A DNA stretch of 64,000 nt from contig CAZZAF010000003.1 in assembly GCA_964652135.1 (NCBI GenBank), positions 4,371 through 68,370 on the forward strand, written 5' to 3'. The notes under the pieces are model-generated. The model made no database searches. It saw only the letters and a list, made by a program, of their open reading frames with translations, and had not been told where the DNA came from. This DNA comes from an uncultured archaeon. GTDB taxonomy: Archaea; Halobacteriota; Archaeoglobi; Archaeoglobales; Archaeoglobaceae. A program made the position numbers and the translations under genes. Of the stretch, positions 37,515 through 47,868 are shown piece by piece (positions within the stretch are counted from its first letter, which is position 1; each line of letters starts with the position of its first letter).

Positions 37515-38873
37515 ATGTGGAGCATACTGAAGGCTCTTCGTGAAAATCCAGAAATCCTGATTGAGTCGCAGAAAAAGAGGGGCGAAGACGTTTCCATAGT
37601 TGAGAATGCTATTGAGTTGGATAAGAAGTGGAGAGAAAAGCTCTCCCAGCTCAATAAGCTCAGACATGAGAGAAACAAGCTTTCTCATGAAATCAAATCC
37701 GCGCCAAAAGAGGAAAGGGAGAAACTCATTCTCAAAGCCAAGGAACTCTCAGAAAAAATTAAGTCTGAAGAAAACGAACTCAAAAAACTTGAAGAGGAAC
37801 TGAATAGCGTCCTTCTATCGATCCCCAACATCATTCATGAAAGTGTTCCTGTTGGAAAAGACGATAGCGAGAATGTCCCGATCAGGTTCTGGGGTAAACC
37901 AAAGGTTTACAGGGAGCATGTCGATGCTTTCGTCCAGCAAACTGGTGGAAAGGTTGATTACGAGGTTATAGACAGTTTACCTGTTCCACATGCGGATGCT
38001 GTAGAGATTTTTGGGTGGGCTGACATTGGAAGGGCTGCAAAAGTTGCCGGCTCCCGCTTCTACTACTTGATTGACGATCTTGTGTGGCTGGACATGGCTC
38101 TCATTCAGTACGCACTGGACTACTTATCCAGAACTGGGTTCAGGATAGTAAATCCACCGTATATGATGAAGAGACAGGCTTATGAAGGTGTCACAGCGTT
38201 CAGCGATTTCGAGGAGGTAATTTACAAGGTTGAGGATGAGGATCTTTATCTCATAGCAACATCCGAACACCCAATCGCTGCAATGCACATGAATGAGGTC
38301 TTAGAAGAGAAAGAATTGCCTTTGCTTTATGCGGGCGTGAGCCCATGCTTTAGAAAAGAAGCGGGGGCTCATGGCAAGGATACCAAAGGAATATTCCGTG
38401 TACATCAATTCAACAAGGTTGAGCAGTTCGTTTTCTGTTTGCCAGAGGAAAGCTGGAAATGGCATGAAAAACTGCTTGAAAATGCTGAGAAGCTCTGGCA
38501 GGGACTAGGCATTCCATACAGAGTCGTTAACATCTGTACTGGAGATCTTGGCATAGTTGCAGCCAAGAAATACGATATTGAAGCCTGGATGCCATCTCAG
38601 GGCAAGTATAGGGAGATGGTTTCCTGCAGCAACTGTACAGACTGGCAGAGCTACAGGCTTAACATAAGATATGCAGAGGAAAGAGGCAAGCCATCAAAAG
38701 GCTTTGTTCACACGTTGAACTCCACAGCAATAGCTACAACGAGAGCGATAACAGCCATAATTGAGAACTTCCAGCTCGAAGACGGAAGAGTAGAAATTCC
38801 AAAAGTGCTGCGTAAATATCTTGAACCGATTGAAGCAGCACCGAAGGAGTATCTAATTCCAAAGAAGGAGTAA
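37515..38873 (+). CDS. serS: seryl-tRNA synthetase
   Basis: N-terminal coiled-coil arm and class II motifs (FRKEAGAHGKDTKGIFRVHQFNKVEQF; GKYREMVSCSNCTDWQSYRL; LNSTAIAT). Confidence 0.95.
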   Translation: MWSILKALRENPEILIESQKKRGEDVSIVENAIELDKKWREKLSQLNKLRHERNKLSHEIKSAPKEEREKLILKAKELSEKIKSEENELKKLEEELNSVLLSIPNIIHESVPVGKDDSENVPIRFWGKPKVYREHVDAFVQQTGGKVDYEVIDSLPVPHADAVEIFGWADIGRAAKVAGSRFYYLIDDLVWLDMALIQYALDYLSRTGFRIVNPPYMMKRQAYEGVTAFSDFEEVIYKVEDEDLYLIATSEHPIAAMHMNEVLEEKELPLLYAGVSPCFRKEAGAHGKDTKGIFRVHQFNKVEQFVFCLPEESWKWHEKLLENAEKLWQGLGIPYRVVNICTGDLGIVAAKKYDIEAWMPSQGKYREMVSCSNCTDWQSYRLNIRYAEERGKPSKGFVHTLNSTAIATTRAITAIIENFQLEDGRVEIPKVLRKYLEPIEAAPKEYLIPKKE

Positions 38874-38978
38874 TCTCAATATTTTTTATTGATTAATGGG
38901 ATATGGTTGTAGCATATTCAAAGGAGATGCATATGGGTCTGTAATATCTTCAATGGAAGTTCCCCAAATACCGATATG

Positions 38979-38989
38979 TTTTTATATGG
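38979..38989 (+). promoter_or_regulatory. TATA-box candidate, leaderless geometry for ilvE
   Basis: TTTTTATATGG is centred about 25 nt upstream of the ATG at 39009. Confidence 0.35.
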
Positions 38990-39008
38990 ATTTTTCGATG
39001 CAAATTCG

Positions 39009-39899
39009 ATGCTTGGGGATAATGAAGATTTGCTTGTGTACATTGATGGTGAATTTGTTCCTGCAAGTCAGGCAAAGATAAGCGTGTTCGATCACGGATT
39101 TCTGTATGGCGATGGAGTTTTTGAGGGGATAAGGGCTTATAATGGTAAGGTTTTCAAGCTGAAGGAGCACATCGACAGGCTTTATGATTGTGCAAAGGTT
39201 ATTGATCTGCAGATACCTGTTTCTAAGGAGGAGTTCGCAGAGATTATTCTCGAAACACTGAGAAGAAATAATTTGAAAAATGCATATATTAGACCAATAG
39301 TTACGAGAGGTATTGGAGATCTTGGTTTAGATCCGAGGATATGTAAAAAACCGAGCATAATTGTCATAGCTGTTGAATGGGGTAAACTTTATGGTGATCT
39401 TTACGAGAAAGGTCTGAGGGCTGTTACCGTCACTATTAGAAGAAATGCCATTGATTCTTTGCCACCAAACATCAAGTCTCTCAACTATCTCAATAACGTT
39501 CTTGCAAAAATAGAAGCAAATGCAAAAGGTGGCGATGAGGCGATTTTCCTCGACCATAACGGCTACATTTCAGAGGGGAGTGGGGATAACATCTTCATTG
39601 TTAAGAATGGAGTGGTGGTCACTCCGCCAACCCTTAACAACCTGCGTGGTATAACAAGAGCTGTAACAATCGAGCTAATCTATAAACTTGGAATACCTTT
39701 CAAGGAAGCAAACATTGGGCTATTTGACCTTTATTCGGCAGATGAGATATTCGTCACAGGAACTGCTGCCGAGATAGCGCCCATCACCTATATTGACGGT
39801 AGGGTTGTTGGGGATGGTAAGCCTGGAAAGATAACGAGGTTGCTTATGGAAGAATTCCGAAAGTTAACTGAAGAAGAAGGGGTTCCCATATACCCGTGA
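39009..39899 (+). CDS. ilvE: branched-chain amino acid aminotransferase (fold type IV PLP)
   Basis: [35 protein letters not shown], a PLP Lys context, and GITR. An alternative ATG at 38976 is possible. Confidence 0.9.
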   Translation: MLGDNEDLLVYIDGEFVPASQAKISVFDHGFLYGDGVFEGIRAYNGKVFKLKEHIDRLYDCAKVIDLQIPVSKEEFAEIILETLRRNNLKNAYIRPIVTRGIGDLGLDPRICKKPSIIVIAVEWGKLYGDLYEKGLRAVTVTIRRNAIDSLPPNIKSLNYLNNVLAKIEANAKGGDEAIFLDHNGYISEGSGDNIFIVKNGVVVTPPTLNNLRGITRAVTIELIYKLGIPFKEANIGLFDLYSADEIFVTGTAAEIAPITYIDGRVVGDGKPGKITRLLMEEFRKLTEEEGVPIYP

Positions 39900-39905
39900 T
39901 CGAAT

Positions 39906-40415
39906 ATGGCCATAGTATCAATATCTGTGGAGTTGAAAGATCAACCTGGCCAGCTACTGAAGGTTCTGGAGCCCATATCGCGGTATGGTGGGAACATAAT
40001 AAGCATCCTACACCAGCGAGACAAAATGACTCCTCTTAAAAGGATACCAGTGGAGATTTCACTGCAAATCGATGAACAGAGAATACCCGATTTAATAAAT
40101 GCAATAAAGAAGAATGGGGTTATCGTAAAAGGATACAACGAGGTCAGACTTATTGCCACAACATCAGTCATGCTTGTTGGACACATAATCCACACCGATC
40201 TCAGTGACACGATAAACCAGATTGATTCAACAGGCTTTGCCGAGGTTGTGGATATGCACATCAGCATGCCCCAGCTCAACCACCCATCAACGGCAATGGT
40301 TACGATTTCTGCAACAGGTAAAGATGAATTGAGGAAGGCTTTGAATCTGCTTAATGAGATATGTAAAAAGAAGGACATACTTGTGATAGAGCCGCTGAAT
40401 GAGGAATTCGTATGA
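39906..40415 (+). CDS. stand-alone ACT-domain protein
   Basis: SISVELKDQPGQLLKVLEPISRYGGNIISI. Overlaps hom by 4 nt. Confidence 0.75.
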   Translation: MAIVSISVELKDQPGQLLKVLEPISRYGGNIISILHQRDKMTPLKRIPVEISLQIDEQRIPDLINAIKKNGVIVKGYNEVRLIATTSVMLVGHIIHTDLSDTINQIDSTGFAEVVDMHISMPQLNHPSTAMVTISATGKDELRKALNLLNEICKKKDILVIEPLNEEFV

Positions 40416-41404
40416 TAAGGATTGCAATTTTTGGGTTTGGGGCTGTGGGACAGGGTGTAGCGGAGATTCTCGCAGAGAAAAAGGATGAAATCGAGCGAAT
40501 GATCGGCAAATTCAGGGTTGTTGCGGTAACCGATTCTAGGGGATCTGTTTTTGACGAAAACGGAGTGAAGCTCACTGAAGTCCTCAATTTAAAGCAAAAG
40601 GGAAGTTTGCCTGAGGGGTTGACCACCCTTGATATCATTGAAAAAATGGATTTTGACGTTGCAATAGAGGCAACACCGACGAACATTGAGCATGGTGAAC
40701 CGGGGCTGACACACATAAAGAAGTGTCTTGAAAAAGGAACCCATGTTGTAACATCTAATAAGGGTCCCCTAGTTGTAGCTTATAATGAACTTTCGGAGCT
40801 TGCTGAAAAGAAAGGCGTCAAACTGATGTTTGAGGCTACTGTGGGCGGAGCAATGCCTTTAATAAAGCTTGTAAAGAATAATCTCGCTGGAAATGAGATC
40901 TTTTCAATAAAGGGAATTTTGAATGGAACTTGTAACTATATTCTTTCAAGGATGGAGATGGAAAAATTACCCTATAATCAAATTCTTGCTGAAGCCCAGG
41001 AGCTCAAGATTGCGGAAGCTGATCCAACCTACGATGTGGAAGGTATTGATTCTGCTGCCAAGCTTGTCATACTTGCAAATGCTCTGCTTGGCATGAACGT
41101 ACGTTTCGAGGATGTGGAGATAACGGGAATAACGAGCATAACACCCGAAGCGTTTGAGGTTGCAATGGAGAGGGATTACACAATCAGGCTTATAGCTGAG
41201 GTAAATAAGATCACAGGAACTCTGAAAGTTTCGCCGAGACTTGTACCCCTGCACCACCCACTTGCCGTTACGGGCACACTCAATGCCATCCTGATCCAGA
41301 CAGATCTTGCTGGGGAAGTAGTTGTTATGGGTAGGGGTGCAGGTAAGAAGGAAACTGCGAGCGCAATAGTTTCAGACCTCATTGAGATATTCAGGTGCAG
41401 GTAA
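40412..41404 (+). CDS. hom: homoserine dehydrogenase
   Basis: IRIAIFGFGAVGQGV, SNKGPL, EATVGGAMPLI and GILNGTCNYILS. Confidence 0.9.
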   Translation: MIRIAIFGFGAVGQGVAEILAEKKDEIERMIGKFRVVAVTDSRGSVFDENGVKLTEVLNLKQKGSLPEGLTTLDIIEKMDFDVAIEATPTNIEHGEPGLTHIKKCLEKGTHVVTSNKGPLVVAYNELSELAEKKGVKLMFEATVGGAMPLIKLVKNNLAGNEIFSIKGILNGTCNYILSRMEMEKLPYNQILAEAQELKIAEADPTYDVEGIDSAAKLVILANALLGMNVRFEDVEITGITSITPEAFEVAMERDYTIRLIAEVNKITGTLKVSPRLVPLHHPLAVTGTLNAILIQTDLAGEVVVMGRGAGKKETASAIVSDLIEIFRCR

Positions 41405-41405
41405 A

Positions 41406-42140
41406 ATGCTTTCGGATGTTTTTTATCTTGTAAAAATTGTTATCGCCACCCTTTTTCTGATATATGCTTGCAAGCTAGATTTGAGGGAGAGACGCGTTCC
41501 AAACAGATTGTGGAAATGGATGCTTGCAATTTTTATCCCGTTGGATGTAGTGGAGTACTTCCTATTTGGCTATGATCTGGTTTTTGCCCTGGTTCAGTTT
41601 GCCATAATGTTCGCCTTTTCGTATTTCCTTTATATTATTGGAGCATATGGTGGAGCAGATGCAAAGGCATTCATCGTTCTGGCTATTGCGTTTCCTGTTT
41701 ATCCTGAGATTTGGATCTTACCTCTGGTAAACAAGGGGTTTGGTATATTCTCTTTCTCAACGCTTTCGAATTCTGTTATCTTCTCGCCGGTAATTCTACT
41801 CTACATGTTCGTGAGGAACATCTTGAAAGAAGGGCTGAAAGCCATCAGAGGGAATTTCTTTTACTATTTCATCGGATACAGAGTAGATGCTGCAAACATT
41901 CCACGGTTTCATAACTTGCTGGAGTATGTCGATGAGAATGGTAGGCTGGCAAGATTGAGGAGGGGCGTTGAACCAGATGATAAAATGCTCCAGAGGTTAA
42001 AAAAGGCAAGGGAGAATGGAAAGCTGGAAAAAATATGGGTAACTCCTGGCTTACCATTTCTTGTGTTTGTTACAATTGGGTTTTTTGTATCTGTTGTCCT
42101 GGGAGATATGTTGTTTGAGATAATTTCGCGTTTGCTTTAA
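41406..42140 (+). CDS. A24-family prepilin/preflagellin peptidase (FlaK/PibD-like)
   Basis: Two catalytic Asp contexts, CKLDLRERRVPN and GAYGGADAKAF, in a polytopic protein. The ATG lies 2 nt after the hom stop. Confidence 0.8.
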   Translation: MLSDVFYLVKIVIATLFLIYACKLDLRERRVPNRLWKWMLAIFIPLDVVEYFLFGYDLVFALVQFAIMFAFSYFLYIIGAYGGADAKAFIVLAIAFPVYPEIWILPLVNKGFGIFSFSTLSNSVIFSPVILLYMFVRNILKEGLKAIRGNFFYYFIGYRVDAANIPRFHNLLEYVDENGRLARLRRGVEPDDKMLQRLKKARENGKLEKIWVTPGLPFLVFVTIGFFVSVVLGDMLFEIISRLL

Positions 42141-42482
42141 TGAAATGAATCTTGATGATCTCTACTTTTTTGACGTATTTGTGAGATTTGAGATAATCTA
42201 ACATTGGGGGAAGATGTATGCAAACTCCACCGCCAAGAACTAGTGCTATAAATACTAACTGCTCTTACTGGGGATTTTCGGTGTCTTTATTTGTTCAACG
42301 TCAACTCCTTCGAGACTGTCGAATTCAAAATCGTGCATAATCAGGTGAATTTGTACACCATCAGTCCTGCATCCCCCTCCTAAAAGCGTCTAATGAGTTT
42401 GATATATCATCATACTTTGTAGGATCAAGTCAAAAAATAATGGAAAAGGACATTATGGTATATCTTTAGAATCACTCTGGAA

Positions 42483-42689
42483 TCAGCCCATTCTGAAAGC
42501 CAGTTTGATGTCTTCTGCTTTGACAGTCTTTCTTCCGCTGTGTCTTGCAATCTCTACAGCTTTCTTTGCAATTTCCATTGCTTTTTCTTCAAGGATTTCT
42601 GCCATCTTTTTCTTTGCTTCTTCACTCACTCTTTCAGCTCCGGCCTGTCTTATCAATCTCTCTACTGGAGCAAGGGGTAGCTCGGACAC
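42483..42689 (-). CDS. archaeal histone (HMf family)
   Basis: 68 aa: [33 protein letters not shown]...[18 protein letters not shown] start with GGAGGTGGT upstream. Confidence 0.95.
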   Translation of the reverse strand: MSELPLAPVERLIRQAGAERVSEEAKKKMAEILEEKAMEIAKKAVEIARHSGRKTVKAEDIKLAFRMG

Positions 42690-42733
42690 ATTACCACCTC
42701 CATTTTGATGTATCAGGTGTAAAGTGTAGTATC

Positions 42734-42748
42734 TTTTAATATATATAG
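42734..42748 (-). promoter_or_regulatory. TATA-box candidate for the histone gene
   Basis: The - strand reads CTATATATATTAAAA, about 50 nt upstream of the start. This leaves a leader of about 25 nt containing the SD. Confidence 0.45.
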
Positions 42749-42961
42749 TTTGCGCTGAAAAAACATTACACCGTACTGTACCTGGAATAAATGCGAGTGG
42801 TGTGGTAATACATTCATAGTAGATATGTCTTATGTAGTTCTCTCAAGCAGAGTGATATCAGGTTTTTAATCTGGTTAATTACTTGTTTGATGCAAACACC
42901 TCACGAAGCCCTATCTGTAAGTCCTAATAAAAAATAGGAATTTGCATATAGTATAGCTATG

Positions 42962-43240
42962 TTATTTGGCAAATGAATATGATACAAGCAGGAACCCTGA
43001 TACAAAAATGCTGATAATTAGAGGCATGACTATCCCTGGCATAACAATTAATTCCAGTGCTGATGCCATGAGCAATGAGATCCCGCTGAGAGAAATTAGT
43101 ATAAAGCCTGCTAACAGGTAAAGCATGTCTGTTCTACCTGTAGTCATATGCGCTTTTAGAATTACACCGATAACCAGCAGACATGATGCTATAAATACGA
43201 AGCTAAATAAGAAATAAAGAATTAAAAAATGGGAATTCAA
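42962..43240 (-). CDS. small membrane protein (3 TM)
   Basis: 92 aa, hydrophobic, starting 22 nt downstream of the archaellin stop. Confidence 0.4.
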   Translation of the reverse strand: MNSHFLILYFLFSFVFIASCLLVIGVILKAHMTTGRTDMLYLLAGFILISLSGISLLMASALELIVMPGIVMPLIISIFVSGFLLVSYSFAK

Positions 43241-43262
43241 TTCTTTGCCTCCTTTTGTGGGC

Positions 43263-43880
43263 TTATGATAGATCTACTACGCTCTTTCCTGCAAGAGACT
43301 GTGGAATTATGGCTTGCCATGTTGTAGTTGCACCGGTTGGTGGCACTATCTTTATAGTTGCCGTCGCACCTTCTGGCAGTCCATCATCATTACGAATATC
43401 TTTGACATTTATTGTTATTACAAAGACGTCTTCAGGATCATCCATAACTGGGAACGAGTTGTCATCATCTTTTACAGCATAAGCTATGTATTTAGATGAT
43501 GTCGCTCCTGCGAGGTTATAGTTAGCACCGGAATTAGTTTTATCAAAAGTCAATTCTTTAGAGGCTTTTGCATCAATATATTGAACCACTGTATCGGTTA
43601 GGTCGATATTCATACTTCCGGGCCTGAGTTTCAAAGTTACATTTATTCTATCAACATATTTTGTGCCACTAACTTCAGTTACATTACCTACAACGCCAAC
43701 AACATTAACACCAGTACTCGTCTGCTCAGTCGCTTCTTTCCCTGTGGACTGTGCTCTCTGCTGCAGCAACCCGGCGGTGTTAATCAGTACTGCTGCTGCA
43801 ATTGCTGCCACTAGTACCATCGCTATGAACACTATTAGGGTACCAATACCCACCTGACCTTTCTCGTCTTTTCTAAACAT
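43263..43880 (-). CDS. flaB: archaellin (archaeal flagellin, FlaB/ArlB family)
   Basis: [43 protein letters not shown] is a class III signal peptide plus the conserved hydrophobic N-terminus. GGTGGTGA lies upstream of the ATG at 43880. Confidence 0.9.
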   Translation of the reverse strand: MFRKDEKGQVGIGTLIVFIAMVLVAAIAAAVLINTAGLLQQRAQSTGKEATEQTSTGVNVVGVVGNVTEVSGTKYVDRINVTLKLRPGSMNIDLTDTVVQYIDAKASKELTFDKTNSGANYNLAGATSSKYIAYAVKDDDNSFPVMDDPEDVFVITINVKDIRNDDGLPEGATATIKIVPPTGATTTWQAIIPQSLAGKSVVDLS

Positions 43881-43965
43881 GCTTTTCACCACCACTATCA
43901 TGGTGATAATAATAACTTAATAAGCCTTTTTTCCAGATTATCAAATTTGAGAATAATGATAATTG

Positions 43966-43977
43966 TGATCTAGATCA
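43966..43977. promoter_or_regulatory. perfect 12-bp palindrome upstream of the archaellin gene
   Basis: TGATCTAGATCA, with an extra half-site TGATCTA at 43996-44002. Lies 86-120 nt upstream of the archaellin ATG in the divergent intergenic region. Confidence 0.3.
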
Positions 43978-44210
43978 TTAAATAAGCTCGGAAAATGATC
44001 TATTATTCTAGTAAAGCTCTATTGACTTTTGGTAGTACCAAAAATATGTTTGAAGTTGCAGAATGGGGTGAATATGCGGGTCTGATTTAAGCTATTGAAA
44101 GTAGGGAGGTTGGGGGAAGATTGGCTTGGCTGGATGATATTTCCATACTAACTCGTTAACTGAGGACTTAAGTAGAAAATAATTAATACTCACCAAAGCC
44201 ACTCTGCGTA

Positions 44211-45032
44211 GTGAAAGCCTGTGATGTTTGTGGTAAGGAAGAACCACTACCATTTCGCTGTAAATACTGTGGAGGAACATTTTGTGCAGAACACAGGCTG
44301 CCGGAGAAACATAACTGTGAAGAATTCAGAAAAAGTGACGATTACTGGAATGTTCCCGTTAAAGTTAAAAAGGAGCCAAAGGTAAAGATACGAATGCCAA
44401 AATTTGAAACCGAATTTCCAGACCTCCCACCACCAAGAAGAGGTATTGCAGCATACGGCTACAACAATCTTATTCTTGCCACCTGTACGATTCTGTTCTT
44501 CCTCTCGATAATATTTCGCCCCATAGAATATTATCTGGCCCTACACCCTGCACTCATTTTACACATGCCCTGGCAGATTGTTACTAGCATATTCTTGCAC
44601 ACGGCATTTGATCATTACTTTGTTAACATGATGGTTCTCTTCTTCTTTGGTACTGAGCTTGAAAGAAGGGTTGGTAGCAAGACTTTTCTGAAAATATTTC
44701 TACTTTCGGGACTTGCCGGTAACCTTGCGTATCTTGTATATGCATATTCAACCGGTGATCTGTTTCCAGCCCTTGGTGCAAGCGGGGCAATTTTTGGAGT
44801 GATGGGTGCACTTGCAATAATCGCGCCAGAAATTAGGGTTCTGCTCTTCTTCATCATTCCCTTGGACATAAGAACAGTTATTCTACTCTTTGCAGCTTGG
44901 AATCTAATTATGCTACCATACAGCCTTCAGACAGGTATTGCATATATCGCACATCTGGCGGGTTTATTGGTTGGGCTGTATTATGGAAAGAAACTGAAGA
45001 TAATCCGAAGACTTCATGGATGGGTGTGGTAG
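44211..45032 (+). CDS. AN1 zinc finger - rhomboid intramembrane serine protease fusion
   Basis: CDVCGKEEPLPFRCKYCGGTFCAEHRLPEKHNC (AN1), followed by rhomboid motifs HxxxxHxxxN (HTAFDHYFVN), GASGAIFG and AHLAG. Confidence 0.85.
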   Translation: MKACDVCGKEEPLPFRCKYCGGTFCAEHRLPEKHNCEEFRKSDDYWNVPVKVKKEPKVKIRMPKFETEFPDLPPPRRGIAAYGYNNLILATCTILFFLSIIFRPIEYYLALHPALILHMPWQIVTSIFLHTAFDHYFVNMMVLFFFGTELERRVGSKTFLKIFLLSGLAGNLAYLVYAYSTGDLFPALGASGAIFGVMGALAIIAPEIRVLLFFIIPLDIRTVILLFAAWNLIMLPYSLQTGIAYIAHLAGLLVGLYYGKKLKIIRRLHGWVW

Positions 45033-45035
45033 TCC

Positions 45036-46004
45036 ATGAAACGGAAAGATCCAACAAGACCGGTTTCAGTGTGGGTTGAGAAGGAAAGGTTGAACGGGGA
45101 GATTGTAGATTGTTTGACAGTTATTCTCCGCACAAAGGGCTGCTACTGGGCTCGCAAAAACGGCTGTCTGATGTGTGGTTACATTAGCGATACTGATGAG
45201 AGAGTCGGGCTTGAGGAGTTAAGAAAACAGTTTGATTATGCACTCAAAAAACATGAAAAATTTGATGTTATCAAGATATTCACTTCCGGTAGCTTTTTTG
45301 ATGATGGTGAAATTCCAGAAGAGTTCAGAAAGTATGTTTACGATAGGATTGCTGAAAGAGGGGTAAAAAAGCTCATAGTGGAAAGCAGGCCGGAGTTTAT
45401 TAATGAGAATGTTGCTGGTGTACTTTCATCGCAGGAGTTCATAACAGAAGTAGGAATAGGTCTAGAAACAGCAAATGATTTTGTCAGGCAGTATTGTATA
45501 AACAAGGGTTTTACATTTGAGCAATTCAGAAAAGCTGCGGAGATCTTGAAGAGATATGGCGTCAGGGTCAAAGTTTACCTGTTGTTAAAACCTCCTTTCC
45601 TTTCAGAGAGGGAAGCGATTGAGGATGTAGTAGAATCTGCGAAGGCTGTAAAGGATTATGCGGATGTTATATCCCTGAATCTGACAAATATACCTTCAGG
45701 CACGTACATAGAAAAATTGTGGCAGAAAGGGATGTATAGGTCTCCATGGCTCTGGAGTGCTGTTGAAGCTATTAAGAGAATAAAGGAGCTTGGTATTGAG
45801 GTAATTTCAGATCCTGTTGCTGCTGGAAAGCAGAGAAGTGTGCACAACTGCGGGAAATGCGATAGCGTTGTTGCTAGCGCAATAAGAAAGTTCTCACTAA
45901 CTCAAAATCATGAGGAACTGGATGGACTTTACTGCGATTGTGTTCATTTGTGGAGAAGGGTTGTTGAGCTGGAAGATTTTTCGAGGATTCCACTTACTTA
46001 TTGA
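45036..46004 (+). CDS. TIGR01210-type radical SAM protein (RaSEA-like, archaeosine biosynthesis partner of ArcS)
   Basis: 322 aa with a Cys cluster GCYWARKNGCLMCGY and a TIM-barrel-like core. The family assignment is from memory. Confidence 0.55.
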   Translation: MKRKDPTRPVSVWVEKERLNGEIVDCLTVILRTKGCYWARKNGCLMCGYISDTDERVGLEELRKQFDYALKKHEKFDVIKIFTSGSFFDDGEIPEEFRKYVYDRIAERGVKKLIVESRPEFINENVAGVLSSQEFITEVGIGLETANDFVRQYCINKGFTFEQFRKAAEILKRYGVRVKVYLLLKPPFLSEREAIEDVVESAKAVKDYADVISLNLTNIPSGTYIEKLWQKGMYRSPWLWSAVEAIKRIKELGIEVISDPVAAGKQRSVHNCGKCDSVVASAIRKFSLTQNHEELDGLYCDCVHLWRRVVELEDFSRIPLTY

Positions 46005-46007
46005 TGT

Positions 46008-46298
46008 TTAGATGTTTGATGAAAGGAGATTGTTCAGTAAATGGGCTATTGCAATTGCTGTGACCACTGGCACCAGTATCAGTAACCAGCTGTAGTAGAC
46101 TATGTATCCAAAATTGTAGTACTCATAGAGTCCATAAACTGGATTGAAAACAGTGACAATGGCTTTGAATATCCCTGGATCGACGTGCCCCTTGGTTATA
46201 GCAAGCAACAGGAGGACTAGTGGGTAAGGACCTCCCTTAAATGGGACTGGAAACCCAAGCACTCCATAGATGATCCCTACTTTCGTTCCAAGCTTCAT
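46008..46298 (-). CDS. small membrane protein
   Basis: 96 aa with 3 hydrophobic segments. Confidence 0.4.
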   Translation of the reverse strand: MKLGTKVGIIYGVLGFPVPFKGGPYPLVLLLLAITKGHVDPGIFKAIVTVFNPVYGLYEYYNFGYIVYYSWLLILVPVVTAIAIAHLLNNLLSSNI

Positions 46299-46412
46299 TT
46301 TTTCGGTTTTCTTTAAAGCAACATATACTTTTTCTCTGGGCAGCCATGAGAATCTTTAAATGGTATAAATTCCGTCTAAAATAGAGAAATACCTAAAATT
46401 TAAGGTGATTTT

Positions 46413-47768
46413 ATGGGAAGAGTTGGAGGCGCTGGCGAGCTTTTTGGAACAAACGGGGTTAGAGGTATAGCAAATGAAGAACTTACAGCCGATCTGGCTT
46501 TAAGCCTTGGAAAGGTGATTGGAACACTCAGAAAGGGCAGAATTGCGGTTGCAATGGATGCCCGAATATCAAGCGCGATGTTGAAAAGTGCCGTTCTGGC
46601 TGGAATAATGTCAACGGGAAGCGATGCTGTGGATGTTGGCATCGCACCAACTCCTGCTTTGCAGTATTATGTTAAAACCAGGAAGGAGGTTACTGGAGGA
46701 GTTATTGTAACAGCAAGCCACAATCCAAGAGAGTATAATGGTATAAAGTTCGTTCACAGCGATGGAACGGAATTCACGAGAGAAATGGACGAGGAAAGTG
46801 AAAGGACGTATAAGAGCAAGCGTTTCGATAGGGCGGACTGGAGTGGTGTTGGGCAACTTTACTACGATGAATGCAACCAGCTTTATATCGACGGAATACT
46901 AGATAAGGTTGACGTTGATGCCATCAGTGAAGCGAAGTTCCGTGTTGCGGTTGATTGTGGCAATGGAGCTGGTTGTCTGACAACTCCTCCGCTACTCAAA
47001 AAACTTGGATGTGATGTTATAAGCATAAATGCGCATCTGGACGGACGTTTTCCAGCCAGAAATCCTGAACCAGTTGATGAAACGCTGGGTTTGCTTAAGA
47101 AACTGGTCATTGAGGCCAATGCAAATCTTGGTATTGCTCACGATGGTGATGCAGACAGGGCTGTTTTCATTGATGAGAAAGGGAGGTTCATAAGCGAGGA
47201 TGTCATGCTTGCTTTGATGGCAAAATACTACGTCGAAAAGCACGGTGGTGGAATTGTTGTTACACCAGTATCCTCATCGAGATGTGTTGAGGATGCAGTC
47301 AAAGAGGCAGGTGGAGAGATCGTTTATACTGCGGTAGGTTCGCCTGTGGTTGTTAAGGTAATGAAGGAGATGAATGCCGTCTTTGGTGGAGAGGGAAATG
47401 GTGGGCTGATATTCCCAGAACACCAGCTTACGAGAGATGGTGCGATGAGTGCTGCAAAAGTCCTCGAGCTTATGGCTTTTGAAAAGAAGCCAATCTCTGA
47501 GCTTGTAAAGGATATTCCTAAATACTACACTCTCAAGGAGAAAGTACCGTGCAGGGATAAAATTGCACTGCTGAAGGGGCTGAAAAAAGAGTTCCCGGAT
47601 GCGAATTTCACCGATGGTGCGAGAATCGATTTCGAAGATGGTTGGCTGCTCATCAGACCGTCGGGAACTGAGCCAATTGCCAGAATCTTCGCAGAAGGAA
47701 AGAGTATGGAGCGCGCCAGAGAATTGCTGGAAATGGGGATGAAGGCTGTTAAGAAAATACTTGGTTAA
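46413..47768 (+). CDS. glmM: phosphoglucosamine mutase / phosphohexomutase
   Basis: FGTNGVRG, the active-site motif TASHNPREYNG, DGDADR and GEGNGG. Confidence 0.85.
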   Translation: MGRVGGAGELFGTNGVRGIANEELTADLALSLGKVIGTLRKGRIAVAMDARISSAMLKSAVLAGIMSTGSDAVDVGIAPTPALQYYVKTRKEVTGGVIVTASHNPREYNGIKFVHSDGTEFTREMDEESERTYKSKRFDRADWSGVGQLYYDECNQLYIDGILDKVDVDAISEAKFRVAVDCGNGAGCLTTPPLLKKLGCDVISINAHLDGRFPARNPEPVDETLGLLKKLVIEANANLGIAHDGDADRAVFIDEKGRFISEDVMLALMAKYYVEKHGGGIVVTPVSSSRCVEDAVKEAGGEIVYTAVGSPVVVKVMKEMNAVFGGEGNGGLIFPEHQLTRDGAMSAAKVLELMAFEKKPISELVKDIPKYYTLKEKVPCRDKIALLKGLKKEFPDANFTDGARIDFEDGWLLIRPSGTEPIARIFAEGKSMERARELLEMGMKAVKKILG

Positions 47769-47868
47769 ATCCGCTGTTAATTTAGAACTTTTATTTTATT
47801 TCTATTTCTTAAGGATCTAATTTTGGAAATTCCGGAAAACAAATAAACGGATTCGTTCAGCTATTTTC

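Noticed and set aside
38896-39081. 61-aa ORF between serS and ilvE, considered as a second leader peptide
   Set aside because: It is not enriched in Ile/Leu/Val, overlaps the ilvE start in another frame, and has no promoter geometry.
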